Below the pieces are notes generated by a model. The model saw only the letters and a program-made list of their open reading frames with translations, was not told the DNA's origin and made no database searches. From contig JBHLOY010000004.1 in the NCBI GenBank assembly GCA_048939995.1, forward strand, positions 64,001-128,000: 64,000 nucleotides of DNA, written 5' to 3'. Origin of the DNA: Promethearchaeota archaeon. GTDB lineage: Archaea; Asgardarchaeota; Lokiarchaeia; Sigyniarchaeales; SOKP01. Positions within the stretch are counted from its first letter, which is position 1; every line of letters starts with the position of its first letter. The position numbers and the translations under genes were made by a program. This document shows positions 1-10,156 of this stretch, piece by piece.

Positions 1-147
1 TATCCATGAGGGAGATTTCACAAGGCTTCTCATTAATTTTGCGTCAGCACTTAATTGATTTATAATTATCTTTTCGATTAGCATTCCTAAGAAATGTGAA
101 ATTCCTGACAAAACGGCTAGTAAGACTCCTAACCAATAAATTAACAT
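1..147 (-). CDS. Membrane protein, DMT/EamA (NIPA-like) transporter family; 3' end runs off the window
   Basis: Hand translation from ATG at 147: MLIYWLGVLLAVLSGISHFLGMLIEKIIINQLSADAKLMRSLVKSPSWI. It has a hydrophobic first helix and an 'L.K.P.W' motif typical of DMT/NIPA N-termini. Not in the ORF track. Confidence 0.5.
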   Translation of the reverse strand, partial: MLIYWLGVLLAVLSGISHFLGMLIEKIIINQLSADAKLMRSLVKSPSWI

Positions 148-220
148 TTAGCTACACTATGGTATTGACATCCTTAATAATTTAATATTGATTCACATAA
201 ATTTAAGTCTTAAATTATTG

Positions 221-2713
221 TTAGATTTTAACCTTAAATCCCAATTCTAGAAATTCATTTTTAATAACTCCAAAAGAGACTTCATTTAAGAATAATTCTA
301 TTCCAGCATATGGAGTTCCTCGAGCTTTAATGGTTATTCGTTTTTTCTCGGGTAGCTTCTCAAAAACTATTTTTATTCTATTCTCATTAAAATCAAATGA
401 TTTTATTAGAATGCTATCTATTCCAAATACAAATTTCTTCTTAAAATCTATGAATAAATCACCAAAATGATTTTTAGCATAAGCTGTGGCCATTGAAGCA
501 GTACCTACCCCCCAATCGAAAGTTATCTGACCAGGTACTCTATAATCACTCCCTGTATGACCATAATTTTCATAAATTGCCCCTTTATCAACCGCAGCAA
601 TTGTGTTTATACCCTTTATATTACCAGGGCATATCTCTTCGTATTGCTTAAGTAACTGTAAAGCCCAAGATGCTCGTAATGCTGCAAGAGCTCTTTCCAT
701 ATATTCCTCTTTTTCAGTTAAAAGATAATAGTCCATATAAGTTCTAACAAATAAGGCTTGTCGAGCATCGCTTAATTCGACATCACCATTTTGGACTCCA
801 AAACCCCCAAATGTATTATAACTAATATAAGGCATATTCCAAACTTGTTGAAACAAGGATAAGACAGCTAGAATGTGTTCTCCTATATGAAGGTAATCAA
901 CGTTTTTAGTTATTTTATATAGTTCCTTAAACCCCTCTGCACACCAATAAATACATAATGTATTCATGACATGACTATTTGTATAATTGTCAAAAAAGTT
1001 GGATGGGAATTTAGTACAACTATAAAATAGTTCAAAATCGTGCCATTTATTTTCAACAATTATGTTTTCTTGGATATAATTTGCAATTGTCTGCATCAAG
1101 TCAATAATCTCTTGATTTTCATCCTTTTTATATAATTCTGTCAAAAACATCAATATTGCGCCTGAACTGGCTGAATCGGATAAAGTATCGTTGATTATAA
1201 TATCTTCTCCTGAAAAATTGATAAATACTGGAATATGAGATGTTTTTTGCCAAATATCAGAAATTAGTTTAAATAATTCTTTACTCTTTCCAATTATTTC
1301 CTCCTTTCTCTCAAGATCTTCGTAATAAATCAGAGCCCAATACATCGCAAGACAAGCATCTACTAGATTATACTCATCACTGTAAAGATAAGCCTTAGAC
1401 CCATTAATATATGAAATTATTGAAGATTCTGGAGCTGCTGGAAAGATTATACTTGGAAAAATTCCTTTAATTCTTGGTAGATTTAGCAGAGTGTCTAAGA
1501 TAAGATTTGATTTATCGATAAGCTCATTATTATTCCATTCTTTTCCGAAATAATTTAAGCTATATGCTGTTCTAATATTAAGAAACCAAGCATTGTTCCA
1601 AATTTCGGCAGTTCTTGGAACAAAGGCATGTTTAAAGATATAATTGTCGAACCATTTCACTTTTTCAATATCGTAAGTCATCTCATTTATCATTTTATGA
1701 ATTCCTTTAACGGAACTGGCCGTTTCAGTGGTATTTCTTTGTTTATGATTTTCAAGATCTTCAGGTCTTATAAATTCGATTGGCCTTTTTTTAGCACCTG
1801 CCCATGATCTCTGCCAAATTCCTCCGCATTCTACTCCATCAATTTTAAATATTCCCCAATAGTTATGTCTTTGAAATATAGCTTCAAAACCTTCTCTAAC
1901 ATTCGTTTCATAAGGCAATACTTGTGGATTGAAGCTTTCATAAAGATTTTTTCTAATATATTTCTGCCAGAAGAAACTGTTAATGGATTGTAATATCTCA
2001 GATACACTCTTCTTAATAAAAATAATGATATAATATCGAAAAGTTAAATCTGTGTCCTTTTCAACTTTCCATATTTTAGATGGGTCATGTTTGAAAAAAG
2101 TGTGAGCTATTGGGTGATAATTTCCAAAACCATAACTAATTTGAGGCTGATTAGTGGGATTTTCAAGATTTAAATTAAAATCCATAAATGATTGAAAAGG
2201 GTGGTTTATTCCTAGAGTTTTCAAATCCGGTATAAAAGCAAAAGCTATATCTAGTTTTTTATATACAATTACTGGAGAACGAAATATATGATCTCCCATA
2301 ACATACCCTTTTTCTGGACGAAGATGAGGTACCCATATAAAATCCGGTTTACCTTCAAGAAATATAGAATAGTTTACAATTAACTTACTTAACTCCAAGT
2401 CTCTTTTACTAGATATTTTATATCTTATATGAAGTATTTCACTTTCTTCAAGACAATAATCCAAATTAAGTAGAAAATCATCATCATCTATTTGATAATA
2501 CAATTTCTTCTTTTTATCTTTTAGAAAATTTAATTTTTTAGTATGCTTAATACTATTTTCCCAATAATTTAATGTACTAAAACCTGTATTACTTCCAAGA
2601 AGAGGTACCCAAAGATCATTACACTTAACCTCAATCATCTCTGAAGTAAATTCATTATGTTGCTCTATGGTGACTCTTAGTAAATCTCTTTCAAGGAGGT
2701 GTTTGTTATTCAT
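221..2713 (-). CDS. Large uncharacterised protein (830 aa), probable (alpha/alpha)6-barrel glycoside hydrolase-like fold
   Basis: Long ORF with a beta-rich N-terminus. The C-half has repeated helical segments ending in 'ELYK....Y' and conserved-looking motifs WHDFELFYSC, TFGGFGVQNGD, SDARQ and ENYGH. Confidence 0.5.
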   Translation of the reverse strand: MNNKHLLERDLLRVTIEQHNEFTSEMIEVKCNDLWVPLLGSNTGFSTLNYWENSIKHTKKLNFLKDKKKKLYYQIDDDDFLLNLDYCLEESEILHIRYKISSKRDLELSKLIVNYSIFLEGKPDFIWVPHLRPEKGYVMGDHIFRSPVIVYKKLDIAFAFIPDLKTLGINHPFQSFMDFNLNLENPTNQPQISYGFGNYHPIAHTFFKHDPSKIWKVEKDTDLTFRYYIIIFIKKSVSEILQSINSFFWQKYIRKNLYESFNPQVLPYETNVREGFEAIFQRHNYWGIFKIDGVECGGIWQRSWAGAKKRPIEFIRPEDLENHKQRNTTETASSVKGIHKMINEMTYDIEKVKWFDNYIFKHAFVPRTAEIWNNAWFLNIRTAYSLNYFGKEWNNNELIDKSNLILDTLLNLPRIKGIFPSIIFPAAPESSIISYINGSKAYLYSDEYNLVDACLAMYWALIYYEDLERKEEIIGKSKELFKLISDIWQKTSHIPVFINFSGEDIIINDTLSDSASSGAILMFLTELYKKDENQEIIDLMQTIANYIQENIIVENKWHDFELFYSCTKFPSNFFDNYTNSHVMNTLCIYWCAEGFKELYKITKNVDYLHIGEHILAVLSLFQQVWNMPYISYNTFGGFGVQNGDVELSDARQALFVRTYMDYYLLTEKEEYMERALAALRASWALQLLKQYEEICPGNIKGINTIAAVDKGAIYENYGHTGSDYRVPGQITFDWGVGTASMATAYAKNHFGDLFIDFKKKFVFGIDSILIKSFDFNENRIKIVFEKLPEKKRITIKARGTPYAGIELFLNEVSFGVIKNEFLELGFKVKI

Positions 2714-2817
2714 AAAAAGATTATTTTTCTTCTTAATTTTAAATTATGATTTAGCTTAGTTTAATCTTTTTATGAATATTTGACTTACTAAAAAGATTAT
2801 TATAAAAAAAGAAAAAA

Positions 2818-3210
2818 TTAAAATCTATCCCATGCTGCATGGACAGCTTTACCAGTCAGTTCTATAACTGGTTTCATCTTGTCAGCGGTAGCTAAACCCA
2901 CTTCAGGAGCTATTTTCATTATTGAAGCATGGCTTACATAAACTTTCCCTTTTTCTTCATAGACAACAAAACTACATGGGAATAGCAAACCAACGTTTTT
3001 TGAAACATCTAATGCTCCTTTTGCAAACTCTGGACCACAAGCAAGTATAATAGTATATTTATCATAATCTATTCCTAACTTTTTCTTAAAAATTTCATCA
3101 ATCGATTTAGTTAGCATATGGCTAAAACCTTCTTCAATAATAATTTTCTCAATATGCTGTACTGCTTTATCAAAATCCATATTTAATTCTTTTTTCAATA
3201 TATCAACCAT
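2818..3210 (-). CDS. DUF302 domain protein
   Basis: Motifs 'KKKLG..Y..Y.I..AC.P.FA..AL' and 'VGLLFPCSFVVYE'; ATG at 3210 follows an AAGTGA SD. Confidence 0.85.
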   Translation of the reverse strand: MVDILKKELNMDFDKAVQHIEKIIIEEGFSHMLTKSIDEIFKKKLGIDYDKYTIILACGPEFAKGALDVSKNVGLLFPCSFVVYEEKGKVYVSHASIMKIAPEVGLATADKMKPVIELTGKAVHAAWDRF

Positions 3211-3253
3211 TTCTTTCACTTTTTTGATTAATTAAATTTTAGATTAGAAAAAT

Positions 3254-3595
3254 CTATTTTTTAAAATCTTCTAAAGCTTTAAAGACATATTTAGTAAACA
3301 TTAGCGAAGGACCGCCTCCTAAGGTTCCAGCAACCATACTAGCTTCAATTATTTCCTCTTCCGTAGCTCCATGATCTAATGCATGTTTAACATGCCAAGC
3401 TACGCAAAATTTACATTGAGAAGCAATTGAAAGAGCAATCCCGATTAATTCTTTTGACTTAGCTGATAATGCCCCATCCGCTTTCGCAGCCCCGAAAAAT
3501 TGTTGAAATCCTTTCATAGCATCAGGATGCGCTTGTCTTAATCTCTGAAGACTATTTTGAGCTGCTTTAAAATATTCATTCATATCATCATCCAT
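3254..3595 (-). CDS. Carboxymuconolactone decarboxylase (CMD)/AhpD family protein
   Basis: 'GALSAKSKELIGIALSIASQCKFCVAWHVKHALDHGATEEEI' includes the CxxC..H motif; GGTGA SD before ATG at 3595. Confidence 0.9.
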   Translation of the reverse strand: MDDDMNEYFKAAQNSLQRLRQAHPDAMKGFQQFFGAAKADGALSAKSKELIGIALSIASQCKFCVAWHVKHALDHGATEEEIIEASMVAGTLGGGPSLMFTKYVFKALEDFKK

Positions 3596-3745
3596 ATTAG
3601 TTTCACCAAATTTTGTAATTATTAACTTAAACACGATTTGAAATATAATAAAAATTCTCTTTATGAATTAAAAATCCCTGTTATTAATCCTTAAAATTTT
3701 TAAAAATAAAAATGCAGAAAATTATTACTTTAAAAATTCATATTA

Positions 3746-5116
3746 TTACTTTTTAATTGGATATTTTGCTTTCTTCCAGGCTTTCATACTCCCTAATACA
3801 TTGAAAACATTTTTAAATCCATTTCTCTTTAAAATACTGGTTGCCATACTAGCTCGAGCTCCATTCCTGCAGACTGTTACTATTGGGACATCTTTAGGTA
3901 AATCCCCCGCTCTTTTTTCAATTTCACCAACATAAATATTTTTCGCTCCTTCTATATAACCATCTTTTAATTCAGGAGCACCACGAACATCGATAAGATA
4001 GGTTTCTTCTCCTTGATCTAACCTTTCTTTTAATACATCAGCTGTCATCATGCCAGTTGTTTCCGTTGGTAAATGGTTGCTGTACCAAGCAATTATTCCA
4101 CCTACTAAATAACCCATAATATTATCATAACCCAATCTTAGAAGATATTTATAAGCTTTATTTAAGTCTTCGAAATTTTCTACAACAAGTAGGATTGGTT
4201 TATCATAAGGGAGAACCCAACCCACATAGGATGGTAATCCTTTTAGCCATATATTGTATGATTCTTTAATATGTACTGAACCAAAAGATGCTGGATTTCT
4301 AGTATCAACGACAATTCCCCCCTCTTCTATTTTAGGTTTAAATTCTTCAGGAAGTAATGGTTTGAATCGCGGTAAATCTTTTAATAGGGGTGGCCCTTGT
4401 AAATTATATATTTCCATTTGTTTAAAATAAGGTGCAAAATAATGCTTCTCATTTAATTTGAATTCTACAAACTTTTCTTTATCTTTCAATTGTAATGCTG
4501 GATTTTGCAAGCGTTCTAAACCAATAGTGCTTAATTCCCTTTCATTTATGGCAGCACCACAGACAGAACCTGCTCCATGAGCTGGCATTATAACAGCCTG
4601 ATCCCCGAAAGGTAAAATTTTATTAAATAAACTATTATAGAGATTTTCAGCATTCTTTTTTGATAGATCAGGACCATACATATCAATCCGTCCAGTATCA
4701 CCAACAAATAGAGCATCTCCCGTAAATATCATAATTGCTTCATCTCCTGTAGTTGTATCAAATATAGCATAACAAGTACTTTCATCAGTATGACCCGGAG
4801 TATGGATAGCTCTAATCCTTAAAACACCGAGTGTGAATTCTTGTCCATCTTTAAGGGTATTTCCATACTTCCAATCCAAACCAGGACCGTGGTAAATCTC
4901 AACATCAACAACATCAGCAATTTCTTTAGATCCAATTACATAATCTTCATTACGATGTGTTTCAAATACAAACTTTATATTCGCTTCAGCATCCCAAGCT
5001 AATTTAAGAAAAACTTTAGCATCCCTTCTTGGATCTATAATACATGCCTCATTTCCAGAAGCTAAAAAATATGATAAAGATGCTATTCCTTCACTTTTTA
5101 CTTTATGAAGAATCAT
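3746..5116 (-). CDS. MBL-fold metallo-hydrolase fused to two rhodanese domains (CstB/persulfide dioxygenase-like)
   Basis: IIDPRRD, ETHRNEDY, HTPGHT, FTGDALFVGD and PAHGAGSVCG motifs; C-terminal rhodanese active loop VCRNGARAS. Confidence 0.9.
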   Translation of the reverse strand: MILHKVKSEGIASLSYFLASGNEACIIDPRRDAKVFLKLAWDAEANIKFVFETHRNEDYVIGSKEIADVVDVEIYHGPGLDWKYGNTLKDGQEFTLGVLRIRAIHTPGHTDESTCYAIFDTTTGDEAIMIFTGDALFVGDTGRIDMYGPDLSKKNAENLYNSLFNKILPFGDQAVIMPAHGAGSVCGAAINERELSTIGLERLQNPALQLKDKEKFVEFKLNEKHYFAPYFKQMEIYNLQGPPLLKDLPRFKPLLPEEFKPKIEEGGIVVDTRNPASFGSVHIKESYNIWLKGLPSYVGWVLPYDKPILLVVENFEDLNKAYKYLLRLGYDNIMGYLVGGIIAWYSNHLPTETTGMMTADVLKERLDQGEETYLIDVRGAPELKDGYIEGAKNIYVGEIEKRAGDLPKDVPIVTVCRNGARASMATSILKRNGFKNVFNVLGSMKAWKKAKYPIKK

Positions 5117-5283
5117 TTTTTCCTTCTGATCAAAATTTCTTAAAACTTAATTTTATAATTCCCTCATCCTATAATAATCTATTTTCTATAGTCTAAAAGT
5201 ATACATTATTATTTAGATGGTATTCAACATTTCTGAGCTCAATTATTCAAAAGTTTTAATTAAAATTTGTGCCTTTTATAATT

Positions 5284-6315
5284 ATGATCCCTTCAATTGA
5301 ATGGATAAATAACAAAGTTAAAATGATTGATCAAACTCAACTTCCTTACACTTTACAATTTCTCGAGTTTGACAATTTTAGAGATGTAGCAAATGCAATT
5401 AAGATAATGAATATTAGAGGTGCTCCTGCGATAGGAGTTGCAGCAGCTATGGGTGTAGCATTAGCAACGATTGAATATAAAGAATTACCAAAAGAAAGGT
5501 TTTCAGAAAAAATAGCTGAAGCTGCGACTATAATAAGAAAAACTAGACCTACAGCCTCTAATTTATTCTGGGCGGTAGACAGAGTCATGAAAATTGTTCA
5601 AACATATCCAGATAATCCCACTAATATATCTAATTTAGTTGTGGAAGAAGTAAAAATCATGGCGCAAGAAGACATTAATGTAAATAAAAGAATCGGGAAA
5701 AATGGAGCTAAATTATTAGAAGATGGGGACGTTATTTTGACTCACTGTAATGCTGGATCTCTGGCTACTGTTCAATATGGAACTGCTTTAGCTCCTGTTA
5801 GGACTGCTATTGAGGAGGGGAAAAAAATTAGTGTAATCGCTGATGAAACACGCCCAAGATTACAAGGGGCTAGACTAACAGCTTTTGAGTTGCAATATGA
5901 TAAAATTCCTGTAAAGGTAATTTCTGATACTTCGTCAGGATTATTGATGCGTTTAGGAAAAGTTAAGAAAGTGATAGTGGGAACAGATCGTGTAACATCA
6001 GAAGCAGTTTTTAATAAAATAGGTACATATTTGGTAGCTTTGGCTGCAAATGATAATAGCATACCTTTTTATGTAGCAGCACCAAGTTCAACATTATCAC
6101 TTCAAGAAACCATAGAGGATGTGACAATTGAGCAAAGGGATAGTAGTGAAGTAAGTCAAATCTTAGGTAAACTTCAAATCGTACCTGATGGTGTAGACTG
6201 TTTGAATTATGCGTTTGATATAACGCCTTTTCGACTCGTAACGGCGATAATAACTGAAGACGGAGTTTTTAGTCCAGAAGAATTACTAAAAAAATATAAG
6301 ATTTCAAGTATTTAA
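5284..6315 (+). CDS. mtnA: S-methyl-5-thioribose-1-phosphate isomerase (eIF2B-related family)
   Basis: DQTQLP, IRGAPAIG, RPTASNL, THCNAGSLAT, ETRPRLQGARLT and NKIGTY motifs. Alternative GTG start at 5269. Confidence 0.9.
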   Translation: MIPSIEWINNKVKMIDQTQLPYTLQFLEFDNFRDVANAIKIMNIRGAPAIGVAAAMGVALATIEYKELPKERFSEKIAEAATIIRKTRPTASNLFWAVDRVMKIVQTYPDNPTNISNLVVEEVKIMAQEDINVNKRIGKNGAKLLEDGDVILTHCNAGSLATVQYGTALAPVRTAIEEGKKISVIADETRPRLQGARLTAFELQYDKIPVKVISDTSSGLLMRLGKVKKVIVGTDRVTSEAVFNKIGTYLVALAANDNSIPFYVAAPSSTLSLQETIEDVTIEQRDSSEVSQILGKLQIVPDGVDCLNYAFDITPFRLVTAIITEDGVFSPEELLKKYKISSI

Positions 6316-6343
6316 AATATCATTCATTAACATACTGACGATT

Positions 6344-6589
6344 ATGAAGCTAGCAAAAAAAGAATCTGTTCGTTTTAGAATATTTATATTCATTATTATT
6401 GAATTTCTATGTTTAATTTATTATTATGTAATTTCAGGAATAACCGGAAACTATTCTTGGACAATAATAGAACTAACAACGACTATAGAGGGATTTCTAA
6501 TCCAAATTATAAATTTGATAGCTATAATTATTGGCTTGATTCTTGCAGTTCATATAATGATGTATATTGCTATACTTTATAGAGGATAA
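6344..6589 (+). CDS. Small two-TM hypothetical membrane protein
   Basis: 81 aa with two hydrophobic segments, directly downstream of mtnA. Confidence 0.65.
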   Translation: MKLAKKESVRFRIFIFIIIEFLCLIYYYVISGITGNYSWTIIELTTTIEGFLIQIINLIAIIIGLILAVHIMMYIAILYRG

Positions 6590-6591
6590 TA

Positions 6592-7593
6592 CTAATTCAT
6601 AGAATTTTCAAAATAAAGCTGTAATGCGTGCTTCAAATTTGTTAAATCTTTTGTTTTGGAAAGTCTCTGTCTAATTATATTAGAATCTCTAATATTTTTT
6701 GTTAACCAAATAGCGTTTCGCTTTAATTCCTTAAACTTGTATTTTTCCCTTGAATCAGGGATTAAATAGCTTTCATCAATAAATTCATCTAAACATTTTT
6801 CATAAATTTCGATAAGTCTTCTCATTCTCTCTTTGTCATTTTGAAAGGGATAAATTTTTCCATATTTTAGAAAGACATTAATTTGGTTAAAGATTTCTGG
6901 ATTTCCTATAGAACCTCTCCCAATCATAATTGCATCTACATTTGTATAATCTAAAAAACTTTTTGCAATTAAAGGATTATCTATATTTCCGTTCCCTACA
7001 ACTGGTATATTAACTCGGGCTTTAATCTGTTTAATAGTCTCAATATCTAATTTGGAATCATCATATCTATCATTAGCAGTCCTCCCATGAATAGTTAGAA
7101 ATTCAATGTTAGAATTATTGATTAATGCTGAAAATTCTGTGATATTAATTTTATCCGATATCCCCGTTCTCATCTTTAAGGATATAGGCCTGGAGGAAAA
7201 CTTAGAAGCGATATTTACAAGTTTTTTTAAAAGATCTAGATCCTGCAATAAATATGCTCCCTCTTGAGAATTATTTGCTCGTTTAGAAGGACATCCAACA
7301 TTGAGATCAATAATATTAAATTTATAACTCTCAAGGAATAGTATAGTTTCTTTTAATGCCTTTAAATCGGAGCCTATCAGTTGAATACTTATTGGAATCT
7401 CTTCTTCTATCCTATACAAATCAGGAATGATGGTTTTTGGATTTTTTATAACTCTTTTAGTGTATATCATCGGGACGGAAACTAAACCAATCTTTTGAAA
7501 CATTCTACAAAATCTCCTATATGGAGCAGTAGTTACTGCTTGCATAGGAGCTAATAACAAATTATTGTCTAGATGAAGAGTTCCTAGTTTCAT
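6592..7593 (-). CDS. dus: tRNA-dihydrouridine synthase family protein
   Basis: LLAPM, QLIGSD, DLNVGCPS, TIHGRT, VVGNGNI and MIGRGSIGNP motifs. Confidence 0.92.
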   Translation of the reverse strand: MKLGTLHLDNNLLLAPMQAVTTAPYRRFCRMFQKIGLVSVPMIYTKRVIKNPKTIIPDLYRIEEEIPISIQLIGSDLKALKETILFLESYKFNIIDLNVGCPSKRANNSQEGAYLLQDLDLLKKLVNIASKFSSRPISLKMRTGISDKINITEFSALINNSNIEFLTIHGRTANDRYDDSKLDIETIKQIKARVNIPVVGNGNIDNPLIAKSFLDYTNVDAIMIGRGSIGNPEIFNQINVFLKYGKIYPFQNDKERMRRLIEIYEKCLDEFIDESYLIPDSREKYKFKELKRNAIWLTKNIRDSNIIRQRLSKTKDLTNLKHALQLYFENSMN

Positions 7594-7701
7594 ATTACGA
7601 TTTCAAAATTTTCTAAATTTTTTCAAAATATAATCATGAAATTTTTATAAAAAATGATTTTTATCATTACTATATTTGTTCTTAATTAGAATAATATAAA
7701 A

Positions 7702-8226
7702 ATGAAAAAATTTACTATGTATCAATATCGCCAAAAATTTGAATTCAAAAGACCTCCAAGAAATATTTCATATCCAGATGGTAATCCTTTAATTTTAAGT
7801 AATGAATTCAGCTTTTTTCATAATAAAAATAAATTTAGAAAAGAATTGAATCGATTGCAATTTCTGTTTAAAGATTATACTGATAACCCTTTAACTGCTG
7901 CAGGAATAAGAGATTCTTATTTAAAAGAAGAGTTCAGTGAAGAATTTTTTATAATTCTTTTTACCACAAATGAGATCGTTAGGAAGACTAATCAAATTGT
8001 TGAGAAATTTATTAAAACTGAATATGTACCTGGTTGTTTTTACTTGGAATCAACTTCTGATTACATTTTATTAATTACAAAAGATATGGATGGACTAATT
8101 TATGGAATTGATATCTTAGAGGAAATTTTTACTCAAACCTTTGAAGATTACTTAAAACAAGAAGCTTTTGAGGATTATGTTAAAGTAAGACCATTTTTAA
8201 TTCACAATTGTGGAATAGTTGATTAA
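7702..8226 (+). CDS. Stand-alone GH20 domain-2 (beta-hexosaminidase N-terminal)-like protein
   Basis: 'PPRNISYPDG' and 'GCFYLESTSDYILLITKDMDGLIYGIDILEEIF' match the 'EGY.L.v....i.i...d..GlfYG..TL.Ql' pattern; no catalytic barrel follows. Confidence 0.55.
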   Translation: MKKFTMYQYRQKFEFKRPPRNISYPDGNPLILSNEFSFFHNKNKFRKELNRLQFLFKDYTDNPLTAAGIRDSYLKEEFSEEFFIILFTTNEIVRKTNQIVEKFIKTEYVPGCFYLESTSDYILLITKDMDGLIYGIDILEEIFTQTFEDYLKQEAFEDYVKVRPFLIHNCGIVD

Positions 8227-9944
8227 TCAAAATATTTCCAAGGTCTTTGCTTTTTCAATTTATAAGCTCTTTCAGCATACTCTTCAATCATACGATGAGT
8301 ATTGAAATATGCAGCAAGAGAAATAGCATTCTTACATTTAAATAACCATTCATCATGATTCAAATAGGTTGGTATAATCTTATTTTCTAAAATATTATAA
8401 ATTTCCTTAGAATCGACATCCCAGCTATTTGATAAGCCTGGATCTTTTGGATTTTTATCGTTAGGTCCGATAGCCCATCCTGATAAATTATTCCTTTTAT
8501 ATCCTTCTAGCCACCATCCATCTTGAATACTGAAATTTAATACTCCATTTAATGCTGCCTTCATTCCACTGGTGCCACTTGCTTCACGATATCTTTCGGG
8601 AGTATTAAGCCAAATATCACAACCCGACACTAGCATATGTGCTAAATCCATATTATAATTTTCCATTAAAGCTACTTTAACTCCATAATTCTCATATAAA
8701 TAATTTCCTGATTCATAGACTTTCTTGATATAATCTTTCCCCATTTGATCTTTAGGATGTGCCTTTCCTGCAAATATAAATTGAACATTTCCTTTACAAA
8801 TTTTTCCTAATCTATCTATATCATGAAATATTAAGGTAGCTCTTTTATAGCTGGCAAATCTTTTTGCAAAACCAATTGTAATAAGTTCTTCATCCAACAA
8901 ATTCCATGAATGCCCTTTTTGATAGCTTATTAGACTAAATTTATTTTCTATGTGAGCATCAAATAAATCTAAATCATCCAACTCGATTGCATTCTGTAAC
9001 AAAGAAGGATTTGCTTTCCAATTAGGAAATTTCCTATCAAATATTTTTCTAAATGGTTGTGATATCCAAAAAGGTAAATGAATACCGTTGGTAATAGAAT
9101 CAATTTCATATTTAGGAAACATTTGTCTAGTTATTTCAGCGTGTTTTTTTGAAACTCCATTCCTATATCTTGAAAGATTCATCCCTAAATATGTCATATT
9201 AAATTGTCCATTATCTTCTCCAAGTTTCCGAATTTGATCGGGAATTCTGTTCTCGAAGACTTTATTTACCAGACTCTGATCAAAGCGATCATGTCCCGCT
9301 GGAACCGGCGTGTGAGTGGTGAAAACTACTTTAGATCTGACCTTATCAATATCTCCCTTTAGCATTTTAAATAATTCTACTGTGGCAAAACTTCCATGTC
9401 CCTCATTTAGATGGTAAGTCTTAATATTATTATATCCTAATGAATTTAAAAGTCGTACTCCCCCAACTCCCAAAATTATTTCCTGCACAATCCGGTTCCA
9501 TTTTGAAGTTGAATCATACAATGATCCTGTCATTTTTTTCATCCATAATTCATTCCCCTCAACGTCAGTAGTAAGAAGATAAACTGGTAAGACATGCCCA
9601 GACTGACCAATAACTTTATACAACCATGCAGAAACTTTGACTTCTCTATTTTCAATTTTGATGCAAATGGGTTTTTCTACTTTATCAAACTCATAAAAGA
9701 AATTCCATTCTACTTCTTTCTCTTTTTGTTCACCTGTTTCGTTGAATAGTTGAAAAAAGTATCCTGAGCTATAGCATAGGCATACAGCAACCATTGGAAT
9801 CTCTAAATCTGCTGCTGATCTCACCGTATCTCCTGATAATACTCCTAAACCTCCACTATAAGTGGGAATATTAGAATCTAAACCTATTTCCATGGATATA
9901 TAAGCAACATAGGTATTATTTTTTAGATTATCATCAATTTCCAA
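8223..9944 (-). CDS. glgP: Alpha-glucan (glycogen/maltodextrin) phosphorylase
   Basis: YSGGLGVLSGD, HLNEGH, FTTHTPVPAGHD, FAGKAHP and the PLP motif EASGTSGMK; TTG start after AAGGA. Confidence 0.96.
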   Translation of the reverse strand: MEIDDNLKNNTYVAYISMEIGLDSNIPTYSGGLGVLSGDTVRSAADLEIPMVAVCLCYSSGYFFQLFNETGEQKEKEVEWNFFYEFDKVEKPICIKIENREVKVSAWLYKVIGQSGHVLPVYLLTTDVEGNELWMKKMTGSLYDSTSKWNRIVQEIILGVGGVRLLNSLGYNNIKTYHLNEGHGSFATVELFKMLKGDIDKVRSKVVFTTHTPVPAGHDRFDQSLVNKVFENRIPDQIRKLGEDNGQFNMTYLGMNLSRYRNGVSKKHAEITRQMFPKYEIDSITNGIHLPFWISQPFRKIFDRKFPNWKANPSLLQNAIELDDLDLFDAHIENKFSLISYQKGHSWNLLDEELITIGFAKRFASYKRATLIFHDIDRLGKICKGNVQFIFAGKAHPKDQMGKDYIKKVYESGNYLYENYGVKVALMENYNMDLAHMLVSGCDIWLNTPERYREASGTSGMKAALNGVLNFSIQDGWWLEGYKRNNLSGWAIGPNDKNPKDPGLSNSWDVDSKEIYNILENKIIPTYLNHDEWLFKCKNAISLAAYFNTHRMIEEYAERAYKLKKQRPWKYFD

Positions 9945-10156
9945 GTTGAATCCTTTTATCTATTGTTTACTTTTTTATGAATCTTTGATTATTTAATACT
10001 ATGTATTATATTTAAAGTAATTTAGATTTCAGGTAAATAACAGTTTAAGTACAAAAAGGGATTTGCACTAAATTTATATATATTAGAAACTCTAAATTAA
10101 ATTACAAATCAAAATTTATTGTTAAACAAATAAAATATTAAATCTAGGCCAAATAT

